DNA from: Candidatus Bathyarchaeia archaeon
GTDB taxonomy: Archaea > Thermoproteota > Bathyarchaeia > Bathyarchaeales > Bathycorpusculaceae
NCBI GenBank assembly: GCA_038727135.1
Contig: JAVYWL010000004.1
Span: 32,001-96,000, forward strand
Reading direction: 5' to 3'
Length of the DNA: 64,000 bases
Shown: positions 1 to 9,335 of the stretch, in pieces
Layout of the letters: every line of letters begins with the position of its first letter
Numbering within the stretch: position 1 is the first letter of the stretch
Translations under genes and position numbers: made by a program
Notes under the pieces: model-generated
The model's database searches: none
What the model saw: only the letters and a program-made list of their open reading frames with translations
Told to the model about the DNA's origin: nothing

Positions 1-100
1 GGAAGATTAGCATAATTGCCGACAAAAAGAGCGCGAATATGAAGGCTACTAGGAATATGGACGTGCCCATTGCAAGCTTTAACTCGGCAAGTCTACCCAA
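1..100 (-). CDS. 5' end of a membrane protein, possibly HtpX-like protease (truncated by window)
   Basis: TTG start at 100 reads MGRLAELKLAMGTSIFLVAFIFALFLSAIMLIF, open to the window edge; hydrophobic N-terminal helix. Confidence 0.4.
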   Translation of the reverse strand, partial: MGRLAELKLAMGTSIFLVAFIFALFLSAIMLIF

Positions 101-170
101 CAGCCCACCAGCATTCTAACATTCAGAAACGTAGAAGCATCTCTGGTTAAAGCTTTATCCTCTTCGCTGC

Positions 171-2306
171 TTATTTCATGTACTTTTTTGGGTTTTTCTT
201 AAACTCTTCTTCGCACACTTTTGAACAGAAATAGATGACGCGGCCTTCATGCTCAATTTTGCTGAACGCTGTGTCTGGGTCTATCTTCATCCCACAAACC
301 GGGTCCTTTACAAGGGTTTTCTTCGCCAATATTTTCACCTCCCCAGGTTCATACTTCCTTAAAGTTTGACTGTTCAATGCGACTATAACTGTGCTTAGGG
401 ACATTATTATTGCACCAACCGCCGCTGGAAGAGTAACACCAAACCCTGATAGGATTCCAGCCGCCAATGGAATTGTTACTATGTTGTAGCCAGCGGCCCA
501 CCATAGGTTTTGAGTCATCTTCGAATATGTTCTGCGTGAGATGTCTATTACTTTCACCACGTCTCTCGGGTCGTTCTTGACTAGGATTATGTCCGCGCTT
601 TCTATGGCTACGTCTGTTCCGGCACCTATGGCTATACCAACATCCGCCGTTACAAGTGCTGGGGCGTCGTTCACACCGTCGCCAACCATGGCAACCCGGT
701 ACCCCTCCTCTTTGAGCCGTCTAATTTTTTCAGCCTTTCTGTCTGGCAGAACCCGTGCAAAATAGCTGTCTATGCCAAGTTCTCTTGCAACCCAACTGGC
801 AACTTCTTCAGAATCTCCGGTAAGCATGTAAACCTTGACACCGTTTTCCTTCAACTTTCTGACAGCTTCACGGGACTCCTCTCGTATGCTGTCCGCCAGC
901 GCGAATGCACCAGCAAGTTTTCCGTCCACAATCGTGAAAACAACTGTCTTGCCTTGCTCTTGCAGCTTCTTTATTCTCGGGTCTTCAACGGTTATTTTTA
1001 ACTCGTCTAATAGGTTTACGCTGCCCACATAAACTTCCCTTCTTCCAACTTTTCCATAGGCGCCTTTTCCCGGCAACGCCCTAAAGTCCTTGGCGTGTGG
1101 GATTTTGATGCCTTTGCTTTCGGCGTATTCCACTATGGCTTTTGCTATCACATGTTCCGAGTTCAACTCAATACTAGCCGTTAGCCTCAAAAGCTCTTCC
1201 TCTGGTATGAAGGCGATGACATCACTGACGCCAAATTTTCCAACGGTCAACGTGCCTGTTTTATCAAAAACAACGGCGTTAACATCCTTAACCATTTCGA
1301 AGGCTCGCCTATCCCTTATGAGGATTCCACTTTTCGCCGTTATGGATGTGGAAAGAGCCACAACCAGTGGTATAGCCAACCCCAAAGCGTGGGGGCAAGC
1401 GATAACGAGAACTGTTACAGCCCTTTCAAGGGCAAAGTCCAAACTGGCCATAAAAGACCACACTGTAAAGGTTGCTATGCCTACGCCTAGTGCCACATAG
1501 AAGAGAAGGGCGGCGGCTCTGTTCGCCAAATCCTGCGTCCGCGAGCGGCTTTCTTGGGCTTGTCTAACCAGCTTGATAACTTGCGCCAAATAAGTTTCTT
1601 CACCTACGCGTTCTATCCGCACTTTTAGGACGCCTTCTCCGTTTATTGAGCCTCCAACAACCTTTTCGCCAACTTTCTTGCTTATGGGCTTTGATTCGCC
1701 AGTCAATAAAGCCTCATTAACATATGATTCGCCTTCAAGCACAACGCCGTCAGACGGGATTTTTTCGCCGGGTCTCACAAGAACAACATCGCCCTTTTTC
1801 AGCTGTGAGACTGGGGTGTCTATGATTTCGCCGTTTTTTATTAGGTGGGCTGTTGTTGGCATTATGCGAACAAGCTCCTCCAAAGCCATGGAAGCTCCCA
1901 TAACGCTTTTTGCCTCAATCCAATGCCCCAAAAGCATAACATCGATTAGGGTTGCGAGTTCCCAGAAGAAATCTTTGCCGCTTATGGAAAAGTAGACCGT
2001 CCCAAGCGAGTAAAACATGGCCACAGATACAGCCATACCAATGAGCGTCATCATGCCGGGCTGTCTAGCTTTAACCTCTTGGTACAAGCCTTTTAAGAAG
2101 GGCCATCCGCCATAAAGATAGACGATTATGGATAAGAGGGAAAGCACCTCTTTCTGGTAGGGGATTTTTATCCATTCTAGGCCGAGCCACATCTGAATCA
2201 TTTCCGAAAGAAGCAGAATTGGCACTGTTAGTACCAGTGAAACCCAAAATCGTCGTTTAAACTCTCCCACATGGTGGGCGTGATTATGGTGACTATGAGT
2301 GCTCAA
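171..2306 (-). CDS. copB: P1B-type copper-transporting ATPase (CopB-like) with C-terminal YHS/TRASH domain
   Basis: His-rich N-terminus, TGES, CPHALGL, DKTGTLT, GDGVNDAP; C-terminal DPVCGM...YFCS. Confidence 0.92.
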   Translation of the reverse strand: MSTHSHHNHAHHVGEFKRRFWVSLVLTVPILLLSEMIQMWLGLEWIKIPYQKEVLSLLSIIVYLYGGWPFLKGLYQEVKARQPGMMTLIGMAVSVAMFYSLGTVYFSISGKDFFWELATLIDVMLLGHWIEAKSVMGASMALEELVRIMPTTAHLIKNGEIIDTPVSQLKKGDVVLVRPGEKIPSDGVVLEGESYVNEALLTGESKPISKKVGEKVVGGSINGEGVLKVRIERVGEETYLAQVIKLVRQAQESRSRTQDLANRAAALLFYVALGVGIATFTVWSFMASLDFALERAVTVLVIACPHALGLAIPLVVALSTSITAKSGILIRDRRAFEMVKDVNAVVFDKTGTLTVGKFGVSDVIAFIPEEELLRLTASIELNSEHVIAKAIVEYAESKGIKIPHAKDFRALPGKGAYGKVGRREVYVGSVNLLDELKITVEDPRIKKLQEQGKTVVFTIVDGKLAGAFALADSIREESREAVRKLKENGVKVYMLTGDSEEVASWVARELGIDSYFARVLPDRKAEKIRRLKEEGYRVAMVGDGVNDAPALVTADVGIAIGAGTDVAIESADIILVKNDPRDVVKVIDISRRTYSKMTQNLWWAAGYNIVTIPLAAGILSGFGVTLPAAVGAIIMSLSTVIVALNSQTLRKYEPGEVKILAKKTLVKDPVCGMKIDPDTAFSKIEHEGRVIYFCSKVCEEEFKKNPKKYMK

Positions 2307-2328
2307 TCTTTTACCTCCTCCGGAAGTT

Positions 2329-2775
2329 TCAACCCTTCAGCCTTTCCAAAATTATTGCTGGACAAATTTTCTTGACACCTTCAATGGGTCCGATTTTTTC
2401 CGATATGAGCTTTGTCAGTTCGCGGCCGTCCCTGGTCCATACTTCAGTCATTATCATGTGGTCTCCTGTCGATGTGGCAACACAGCGGATTTCCTTAAAT
2501 TCGCAGAGTTTTTGGGCTACCTCCAAAAGCTTGGGTGGGTCGACGTCTATGCCAACTATCGCAACAGTGTTTAAGCCTATTTTGGCTGGGTCTATTTCCA
2601 CCGTGAACCTTTTGATTACGCCGTTTTCTTTTAGGGCTTGAACTCTTTTCCTTATTGTTGATTCGCTTAGCCTTAGTTTTTTGGCTATCTCCATGAAGGT
2701 TAGGCGTCCATCTTCCTCTAAGAGTTTTAGGATTTTGAGGTCGAGTTCGTCTATTTCCGCAATTCTTTTTACCAT
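2329..2775 (-). CDS. Lrp/AsnC family transcriptional regulator (LrpA-like)
   Basis: IDELDLKILKLLEEDGR HTH, plus RAM domain (TGDHMIM). Confidence 0.92.
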   Translation of the reverse strand: MVKRIAEIDELDLKILKLLEEDGRLTFMEIAKKLRLSESTIRKRVQALKENGVIKRFTVEIDPAKIGLNTVAIVGIDVDPPKLLEVAQKLCEFKEIRCVATSTGDHMIMTEVWTRDGRELTKLISEKIGPIEGVKKICPAIILERLKG

Positions 2776-2882
2776 TTTCGCACCATTCTATACGATTTTA
2801 GCCGAATTTTGTACGAAAAGCATATAAGCTTGAAAGATAAAAGGATTACGGTTAAAAATCAGCGGAGGAGGAATGAAATAAA

Positions 2883-3533
2883 ATGGAAAAAGTTGAAGAG
2901 AAAAAGCCTCTCTTGAGTCTCGGCGAAGTTGTCCCGGATTTTGAAGCGGTGACAACTCACGGCAAGATAAGGCTTTCAGACTTTAAGGGAAAATGGGTTA
3001 TCCTATTTTCGCATCCCGCAGATTTCACACCGGTCTGTACAACAGAGTTTGTTGCCTTCGCCCAGATATATCCAGAACTTGCGAAGCACAACGTTCAGCT
3101 TATTGGATTAAGTATCGACAGTGTATACTCCCACATTGCATGGGTTAGAACAATTAAAGAGAAATTGGGCGTAACAATACCGTTCCCTATTATTGCCGAC
3201 TTGGACATGAAGGTTGCAAACCTATTTGGCATGATACACCCCAAGCAAAGCACAACAGCAGCAGTGCGCTGCGTCTTCGTAATAGACCCGGAAATGAGGT
3301 TGAGGGCAATGATATACTATCCGCTGAACGTTGGGAGAAACATGGACGAAATTTTGAGGCTAATTGATGCATTGCAAACAGCCGACAAACATAAGGTGGC
3401 TTTGCCAGCAAACTGGAGGCCGGGCGACCCGGTTATAGTGCCGCCGCCAACGACGCAGGAAGAGGCTGAAAAACGCTTGCAAGAGGGCTACGAGTGTGTT
3501 GACTGGTTCCTCTGCAAGAAAAAGCTTCCATAA
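2883..3533 (+). CDS. Peroxiredoxin (Prx6/archaeal type)
   Basis: [23 protein letters not shown]-terminal CVDWFLC. Confidence 0.95.
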   Translation: MEKVEEKKPLLSLGEVVPDFEAVTTHGKIRLSDFKGKWVILFSHPADFTPVCTTEFVAFAQIYPELAKHNVQLIGLSIDSVYSHIAWVRTIKEKLGVTIPFPIIADLDMKVANLFGMIHPKQSTTAAVRCVFVIDPEMRLRAMIYYPLNVGRNMDEILRLIDALQTADKHKVALPANWRPGDPVIVPPPTTQEEAEKRLQEGYECVDWFLCKKKLP

Positions 3534-3566
3534 ACCCTTTTTATCTTTATGCGAGGTGAAAATGGT

Positions 3567-3983
3567 TTGGTTCAAAAGCTTCGTTCCATGGCCAAACTTG
3601 TAAAGGACTTGCGGATAGCCGTTGACGATGGAAGAGCCCACAGCGTATGCCTTGACCTTCCGCCAGAACTTGGAACAGACATGGGACCAACAGCCCTCGA
3701 GCTGGGCGTTATGAGCTATGCCGGATGCTTCGCCACAATCTTCGCTTTAATGGCCAAGAAAATGAGGGTTCAGCTTAAAGACTTGGAGGTTAAGCTTGAA
3801 GCCATAAAATCCGAAGAGGCTGGAACCATAACAGAAGCAACCTTCAACATAAACGTCAAAACCGACGCCTCAGAGGAAACAGTCCAAAGAATTTTCAAAC
3901 TAACGGTGGAAAACTGCCCAGTTGGAAAGCTCTTCGAAAGGGCTGGGGTCAAAGTAAGCTACAACATCAAGGCAGAAAAATAA
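3567..3983 (+). CDS. OsmC/Ohr family protein
   Basis: GPTALEL...AGC and ENCPV cysteine pair; likely TTG start after GAGGTGA RBS. Confidence 0.85.
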   Translation: MVQKLRSMAKLVKDLRIAVDDGRAHSVCLDLPPELGTDMGPTALELGVMSYAGCFATIFALMAKKMRVQLKDLEVKLEAIKSEEAGTITEATFNINVKTDASEETVQRIFKLTVENCPVGKLFERAGVKVSYNIKAEK

Positions 3984-4001
3984 TTGAGGAGTTTGAAATC
4001 A

Positions 4002-4163
4002 TTGGAAAAGTGGGAATGCATAATCTGCGGATACGTTTATGACCCAGAGGTTGGGGACCCGGAACACGGCGTTAAACCCGGAACGCCTTTTGAGGCTTTG
4101 CCTGAAAACTGGGTTTGCCCGGTTTGCGGCGCCCCAAAGGATCAGTTTGTTAAGAAAAGTTAG
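4002..4163 (+). CDS. Rubredoxin (53 aa; absent from ORF track)
   Basis: Manual translation from TTG: [53 protein letters not shown]; two CxxC motifs. Confidence 0.95.
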   Translation: MEKWECIICGYVYDPEVGDPEHGVKPGTPFEALPENWVCPVCGAPKDQFVKKS

Positions 4164-4182
4164 AGATAGAGGCGCATGTTTT

Positions 4183-4797
4183 ATGGAGCAAACCAAGCTG
4201 TATGTTTTGCCACAGTTGCCTTACGGTTATGAGGATTTGAAGCCCTACATGTCTGAAGAGCAGTTGAGAATACACCACAGCAAGCACCATCAAGCCTACG
4301 TCAACGGGGCTAACACCATACTCCAACGATTAGACAAGGCACGCAAAGAAAACATCGACATAGATGTTAAGGCTACACTCAAGGAGCTTTCATGGAACGT
4401 TGCCGGACACCTTTTGCACTCGCTTTTCTGGGGCAACTTAGCACCGCCAAGCATGGGCGGCGGAAAACCAGACGGAAAATTAGCCGACAAAATCGCTGAA
4501 GAATTTGGAAGCTTTGAACGTTTCCAGAAGGAGTTTTCCCAAGCAGCCATAAGCGTTGAAGGCTCTGGATGGGCGGCTTTAACCATCTGTAGGCAGACTG
4601 GTCGCCTAATGTTAATGCAGGTGGAGAAGCATAACGTGAACGTTTATCCAACGTTCCAAATTCTCATGGTCCTCGACGTTTTCGAACACGCCTACTACAT
4701 AGACTACAAGAACGACCGAGGCAAATTCGTTGAGGCTTTTTGGAAAATTATCAACTGGGACGAAGTTAACCGACGCTTGGAAGAGGCACTAAAATAG
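4183..4797 (+). CDS. sod: Fe/Mn superoxide dismutase
   Basis: [27 protein letters not shown]; start reassigned to ATG 4183. Confidence 0.95.
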   Translation: MEQTKLYVLPQLPYGYEDLKPYMSEEQLRIHHSKHHQAYVNGANTILQRLDKARKENIDIDVKATLKELSWNVAGHLLHSLFWGNLAPPSMGGGKPDGKLADKIAEEFGSFERFQKEFSQAAISVEGSGWAALTICRQTGRLMLMQVEKHNVNVYPTFQILMVLDVFEHAYYIDYKNDRGKFVEAFWKIINWDEVNRRLEEALK

Positions 4798-4810
4798 CCT
4801 TTAATGGTAG

Positions 4811-5257
4811 ATGTGTATGCCAAGAATTCTAATTCTCTATTATAGCAGGACTGGAAACACTGAGAAAATGGCTAAAGCAGTGGCTGAAGGAGCAGAGATG
4901 GTTCAAGGCGTGGACGTGGAGCTAACTTATCACGCAACACCAGAACAGCTAAAAGAGTTTGACGCTATAATTGTGGGAACGCCCACATACCACCATGACA
5001 CAACAGTCGACATAAAAATGCTCTTTGAAGAAGCCGCCGCAAAAAACATAAATTTGAAAGGCAAAGTGGGCGCCGCCTTCGGGTCTTATGGATGGAGCGG
5101 TGAGGCCCCAAGACTTGTCCTTGAAATCCTGAAAAACAAGTTTGAAATGGAAGTGACAGAACCGCCCTTGCTAATAAGGTACACACCAGACACAGCTGGC
5201 TTGGAAAAGTGCAGAGAATTTGGGCGGAAGATCGCTGAAAGGCTTGTTAAAGCCTAG
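4811..5257 (+). CDS. Flavodoxin-domain protein (FprA C-terminal-like)
   Basis: YYSRTGNTEKMA FMN loop, GTPT, AFGSYGWSGEA. Confidence 0.9.
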   Translation: MCMPRILILYYSRTGNTEKMAKAVAEGAEMVQGVDVELTYHATPEQLKEFDAIIVGTPTYHHDTTVDIKMLFEEAAAKNINLKGKVGAAFGSYGWSGEAPRLVLEILKNKFEMEVTEPPLLIRYTPDTAGLEKCREFGRKIAERLVKA

Positions 5258-5306
5258 CATAGACATTAAAATAGTTCGGGCAACTTAGTATTATGGGGAA
5301 CCCTAA

Positions 5307-5786
5307 ATGTCTACAAAAAATGAACTTTTAAGATTCATCAAAAGACAGATTGAGGTCGAAAATGAAATTGTTGACTCTCTCAACGAGGCTTTGAAGGGCA
5401 TAAAAAATCCGTCAGTTAAGGGCGTTTTGAGGGGAATTTCGCTGGATTCTCTGAAACACGCGGAAATGTATGACGCCGCCCTAAAACTTTTAACCACAAC
5501 TCAGCAAGCACTCGCCCAAGAACACCTTAACAAACAAAGAAGCCTTGTGGAGAGGCATATTCAAATCGAGGCTGAACTTATAAAGAAGATAAGCGACATG
5601 CTGCCAACCGTTGAAAATGAGAAAGTTAAGCTTCTCCTAACAGCCATACTTGCCGACGAAAAACGGCACCATGAACTCCTAAAAGAAGTTTTAGAAATCA
5701 TCGTTAGGGGCGAGACAATAACAGAAGAGGACTGGTGGGACATTCTCTGGAAAAACGTGCCATTCCATGGAGCGCCAGGCGGATAG
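5307..5786 (+). CDS. Ferritin-like/rubrerythrin-fold protein
   Basis: DSLKHA and DEKRHH di-iron-type motifs on a four-helix pattern; C-terminal WKNVPFHGAPGG. Confidence 0.75.
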   Translation: MSTKNELLRFIKRQIEVENEIVDSLNEALKGIKNPSVKGVLRGISLDSLKHAEMYDAALKLLTTTQQALAQEHLNKQRSLVERHIQIEAELIKKISDMLPTVENEKVKLLLTAILADEKRHHELLKEVLEIIVRGETITEEDWWDILWKNVPFHGAPGG

Positions 5787-5884
5787 CTCAACATTGCAGT
5801 ATAATCTCCATTTTTATTGGATCTTCGCGTATTTTGGCAAAACTTTTAAACAAACTAAAACAAACTGAAGGGAGGTGAAATGTT

Positions 5885-6304
5885 TTGGCTTCTAAAAAAT
5901 TGTTGGAAATGCTGAACGACGCCATCGCAAGGGAAATGCAAGTCTCAATACAATACATATGGCAACACGTCCAATGGAGCGGTGTCAAAGGCTTCGCAGT
6001 TCAAGAAGAACTTAAAAAAGTGGCGATAACAGAAATGAAGCACGCGGAAGCCATCGCTGAAAGACTATTCTATTTGGGCGGAACACCCACAACAAAGCCA
6101 ACTGAAATATTTGTTGGAAAAACGCTCAAGGAAATGATACAACGAGACATAAAAGACGAGGAAAATGCCATAAACTTATATAAACAGATAATAGCCCAAG
6201 CCCGAAAAGAGAAGGACGAAACAACAGCCTTCCTATTCGAAGGAATACTAAAAGACGAAGAGGAACACCACGACCTCTTCACAACACTAGCAGAAGAAAT
6301 ATAG
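5885..6304 (+). CDS. Bacterioferritin-like ferritin family protein
   Basis: E...QY..QH, EMKHAE, DEEEH ferroxidase motifs. Confidence 0.88.
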   Translation: MASKKLLEMLNDAIAREMQVSIQYIWQHVQWSGVKGFAVQEELKKVAITEMKHAEAIAERLFYLGGTPTTKPTEIFVGKTLKEMIQRDIKDEENAINLYKQIIAQARKEKDETTAFLFEGILKDEEEHHDLFTTLAEEI

Positions 6305-6501
6305 GCACCCCGAAACTTTTCTTTCACTCGATTTTTCTAATTTTTCAAACATCATGAAATTCACTTCTGAAACTAGAGAAAGAAGGGGAGATGGAAATGA
6401 AATGCGGCAACCAACTATTTTCGCATATTGCAAAAAGGTTTAATGCACATTAATGCATATCGCTGCGATAAAGCGAAAACTAACGGAGGTGAATTTAAAG
6501 A

Positions 6502-6780
6502 ATGTTGTCTCAAATTCCAATAAGGGTTGACAAGGTTGAAAAGAAGCTAGACTGCGAAATCTTGAGAGCCGCCATAATCGCCGAACTGGACGCAATAAAC
6601 CTTTATGAGCAGCTGGCAGCCACAACAACAAATGAAAGCATTAAGAAAGTGCTTCTGGAAATAGTCAGAGAAGAAAAAACCCACGTAGGCGAGTTCCAAA
6701 CGCTACTTCTAAAAGAGGACAAAGAACAGATCGAGGAGCTCGAGAAAGGCAGAAAAGAAGTTGAAAATATAACGGAATAG
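6502..6780 (+). CDS. Short ferritin-like protein (encapsulated-ferritin/Flp-like half bundle)
   Basis: AELDAINLYEQ and REEKTHVGEF motifs; 92 aa; GGAGGTGA RBS. Confidence 0.8.
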   Translation: MLSQIPIRVDKVEKKLDCEILRAAIIAELDAINLYEQLAATTTNESIKKVLLEIVREEKTHVGEFQTLLLKEDKEQIEELEKGRKEVENITE

Positions 6781-6849
6781 GCAAATTTCCTAAAAGCGGT
6801 ACAAACTTGAGATAACCTTTTATTTTTTATGTGCAAAATCTGACGTTAA

Positions 6850-7326
6850 GTGAATGAAATGCTCTGGCAAAAACTAATCGAGATTATTTTGCAATTGTCA
6901 TTTAAAGCTGGCAAGAGGCCAGAGTGGCCTTGGGGATTACCTGAAGAATTAGTTTTAATTTTTGCAATTGCATGGTTTTTCCTATCATTGTTTGTACTAG
7001 CGGTTGTTTTGTATATCGCGGGGCTAATTGTTGTGGGCAGGAAGCGCGCCCTGCTCTCTGACGCCTTTATAATTTCTCTTTTGGGAACAGTTTTAACTAC
7101 ACTATTTGCGATTTTTATACCATATCCCCTAATCACTTTAATCCTAAGCCTTCTTGTTTGGCTTATCTTAATTAAACGCTTATTTGAAACTGGGTGGCTC
7201 GGTGCGATAGCGGTTGGCATACTTGCAATAATAATCTACTTGGTGATTCTCGTGCTCCTAGCCTTCGCCTTTCATATCTTGGAAAAGATATTTGACTGGC
7301 TACGGTCAATATGGCCTTTTACGTAA
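6850..7326 (+). CDS. Hypothetical membrane protein
   Basis: About 4 hydrophobic segments; start uncertain. Confidence 0.7.
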   Translation: MNEMLWQKLIEIILQLSFKAGKRPEWPWGLPEELVLIFAIAWFFLSLFVLAVVLYIAGLIVVGRKRALLSDAFIISLLGTVLTTLFAIFIPYPLITLILSLLVWLILIKRLFETGWLGAIAVGILAIIIYLVILVLLAFAFHILEKIFDWLRSIWPFT

Positions 7327-7886
7327 GCGAGGTTTTGCAATTGTCGGAATCGAGAAAACACACCATCATTTTAGGATTAGCCTTCCTCTTCTCTCTACTT
7401 TTATCTTCATTTGAGAATACTACTTTCTTTACAATTTTGGCAAAAGATATTCTCCAAAACCAATCATTAGCCGTTGGGATGATATTTCTACATAACGTAC
7501 TTGTCATTTCCATGATCCTTCTTGGCATGTCCTTTTATGTAAGCCTCGTTGTCACTGGATTCTTTAAAAGAGAAAAGTATTCACACATTGTTTTGGAACA
7601 TCCTCAAACCTTCGCCGTAGCCTTCACCGTAATGATTGTTTTCTTAAGCATATTGAGAGGTTGCATCCTAATATATGGAAAAGTCAGCTTGGAAGCATTG
7701 CCTAAAATACTGGTTATGAGCATGCCTGTGGGAATTGTCGAGGGTTGCGGTATCTATTTAACGCTTAAAAAGACGTTGAGCAGAACGCTTAAAACAAAAG
7801 ACCTAATCTACATTTACGGCATATTTTTCATCGCTGCTGTATTGGAAGTGGCCTTCATAAACTTCTTAACGGCGTTTAGAAGTTGA
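7311..7886 (+). CDS. Membrane protein, SpoIIM/DUF95-like
   Basis: IFLHN, PVGIVE and IAAVLE motifs; multiple TM helices; start uncertain. Confidence 0.6.
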   Translation: MAFYVSEVLQLSESRKHTIILGLAFLFSLLLSSFENTTFFTILAKDILQNQSLAVGMIFLHNVLVISMILLGMSFYVSLVVTGFFKREKYSHIVLEHPQTFAVAFTVMIVFLSILRGCILIYGKVSLEALPKILVMSMPVGIVEGCGIYLTLKKTLSRTLKTKDLIYIYGIFFIAAVLEVAFINFLTAFRS

Positions 7887-7915
7887 AACCTAAAGATAAA
7901 TGTTTTAATCTGCGG

Positions 7916-9307
7916 TCAGAAACTGACGCCCTCAACCTTTTTCAGCTTTTCCCTCAAATCCCTTATAAGCCTCTTAAGTTTGGGGCTTAACTCAACCGGA
8001 TATTTGGCTGCCCCCCTAAGCCGCTTATACTTTTCTGGAAGCTTTGAAAGGTTGTTTAAGGCGTTTTCCCTTATATCTTCAAGGGACGGCAAATCATAGA
8101 CTATTTTGCCCTTTTCCATAACCTTAACAAGTAGTGGCTCCCCGCCAATGTCTTCGCCTTCCAAAGCAATTACATCTTTAACGAAATTTCCTTTTTCATC
8201 CTTAAACCTGAAGACTTGTTTTCTTCCCGGAAGAGTGGCTTTTCTTTCGCTCAGCTTCATTATTGGCTCGAATTCTCCTTTCTCGTTCATTTTTTCGCAT
8301 AGCTTGTAAATTATGTCAACATAAGGTCTGTCTGCTGATGTCCCCATGCGGGTTCCAACCCCGAAGGCGTCTATTTTTGCGCCTTTGCTCAGCAGTTCCT
8401 CTATTTTATACTCGTCGAGGTCTCCGCTTGCAAATATTTGCACATAACCAAGCCCATTATCGTCGAGCATTTTCCTAACTTTACGGCTTATTTCCACAAG
8501 GTCCCCGCTGTCGATGCGTACCCCGCGAAGCCTAAACCCCATTTTTTCAAGCTCTTTTGCGACGGTTATAGCGTTTTCCGCACCCTTAATATTGTCAAAA
8601 GTGTCTATCAAAAGGGTCGACTTGTCAGGGAAGGTTTTTACAAAAGCCCTGAAAGATTCTATCTCATTGTCGAAGAACATGACAAAGGAGTGTGCCATGG
8701 TCCCGAAAACTGGTATGCCGTACATCATTCCAGCTAGGACATTCGATGTGCCGTTGCAACCAGCTATGTAACTTGCACGGGCAACTTTCAATCCGGCGTC
8801 TGTTCCATGCTCCCTTCTCAAACCAAACTCAATTACGGATCTGCCTTGAGCAGCATAAACAACTCTAGATGCTTTAGTGGCTATTGTAGTTTGGAGATTA
8901 ATAGTGTTTAAAATGAAGGTTTCTATCAGCTGTGCCTCTATTATTGGGGCTGTAACCCTAATCAGTGGCTCGTTGGGAAAAACCACAGTACCTTCTGGAA
9001 TAGCCCAGACGTCGCCACTAAACTTAAAATTCCTCAAATATTCGAGGAATTCCTCTTTGAATCCTTGCCCCTTCAAAAATTTTATGTGTTCCTCTGTAAA
9101 CTTCATTTTTTCAAGAAAAAATAGGACTTGTTCTAAACCAGCAAGTAGAAAGTAGGAGCGGTTTGGGGGTAAACGCCTTATGAAAAGGTCGAAGGTGGCT
9201 GGTTCAAACCTCTTATTGTCAAAGTAACTTGCGCACATTGTAAGCTCGTAGAGGTCTGTTAACATACTCATGTTTTCTTCGTTAACAAAGCCTAACGATG
9301 CCTTCAC
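7916..9307 (-). CDS. pncB: Nicotinate phosphoribosyltransferase
   Basis: LTDLYELTM, EFGLRR, GTMAHS, VRIDSGD, FGVGT; likely GTG start 9307 after GGTGA RBS. Confidence 0.93.
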   Translation of the reverse strand: MKASLGFVNEENMSMLTDLYELTMCASYFDNKRFEPATFDLFIRRLPPNRSYFLLAGLEQVLFFLEKMKFTEEHIKFLKGQGFKEEFLEYLRNFKFSGDVWAIPEGTVVFPNEPLIRVTAPIIEAQLIETFILNTINLQTTIATKASRVVYAAQGRSVIEFGLRREHGTDAGLKVARASYIAGCNGTSNVLAGMMYGIPVFGTMAHSFVMFFDNEIESFRAFVKTFPDKSTLLIDTFDNIKGAENAITVAKELEKMGFRLRGVRIDSGDLVEISRKVRKMLDDNGLGYVQIFASGDLDEYKIEELLSKGAKIDAFGVGTRMGTSADRPYVDIIYKLCEKMNEKGEFEPIMKLSERKATLPGRKQVFRFKDEKGNFVKDVIALEGEDIGGEPLLVKVMEKGKIVYDLPSLEDIRENALNNLSKLPEKYKRLRGAAKYPVELSPKLKRLIRDLREKLKKVEGVSF

Positions 9308-9335
9308 GGCTTTCACCTTCGAAACTTGTTCTCTT

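Noticed and set aside
4039-4182. Apparent N-terminal extension of SOD
   Set aside because: It is the out-of-frame read of the rubredoxin gene; SOD starts at 4183
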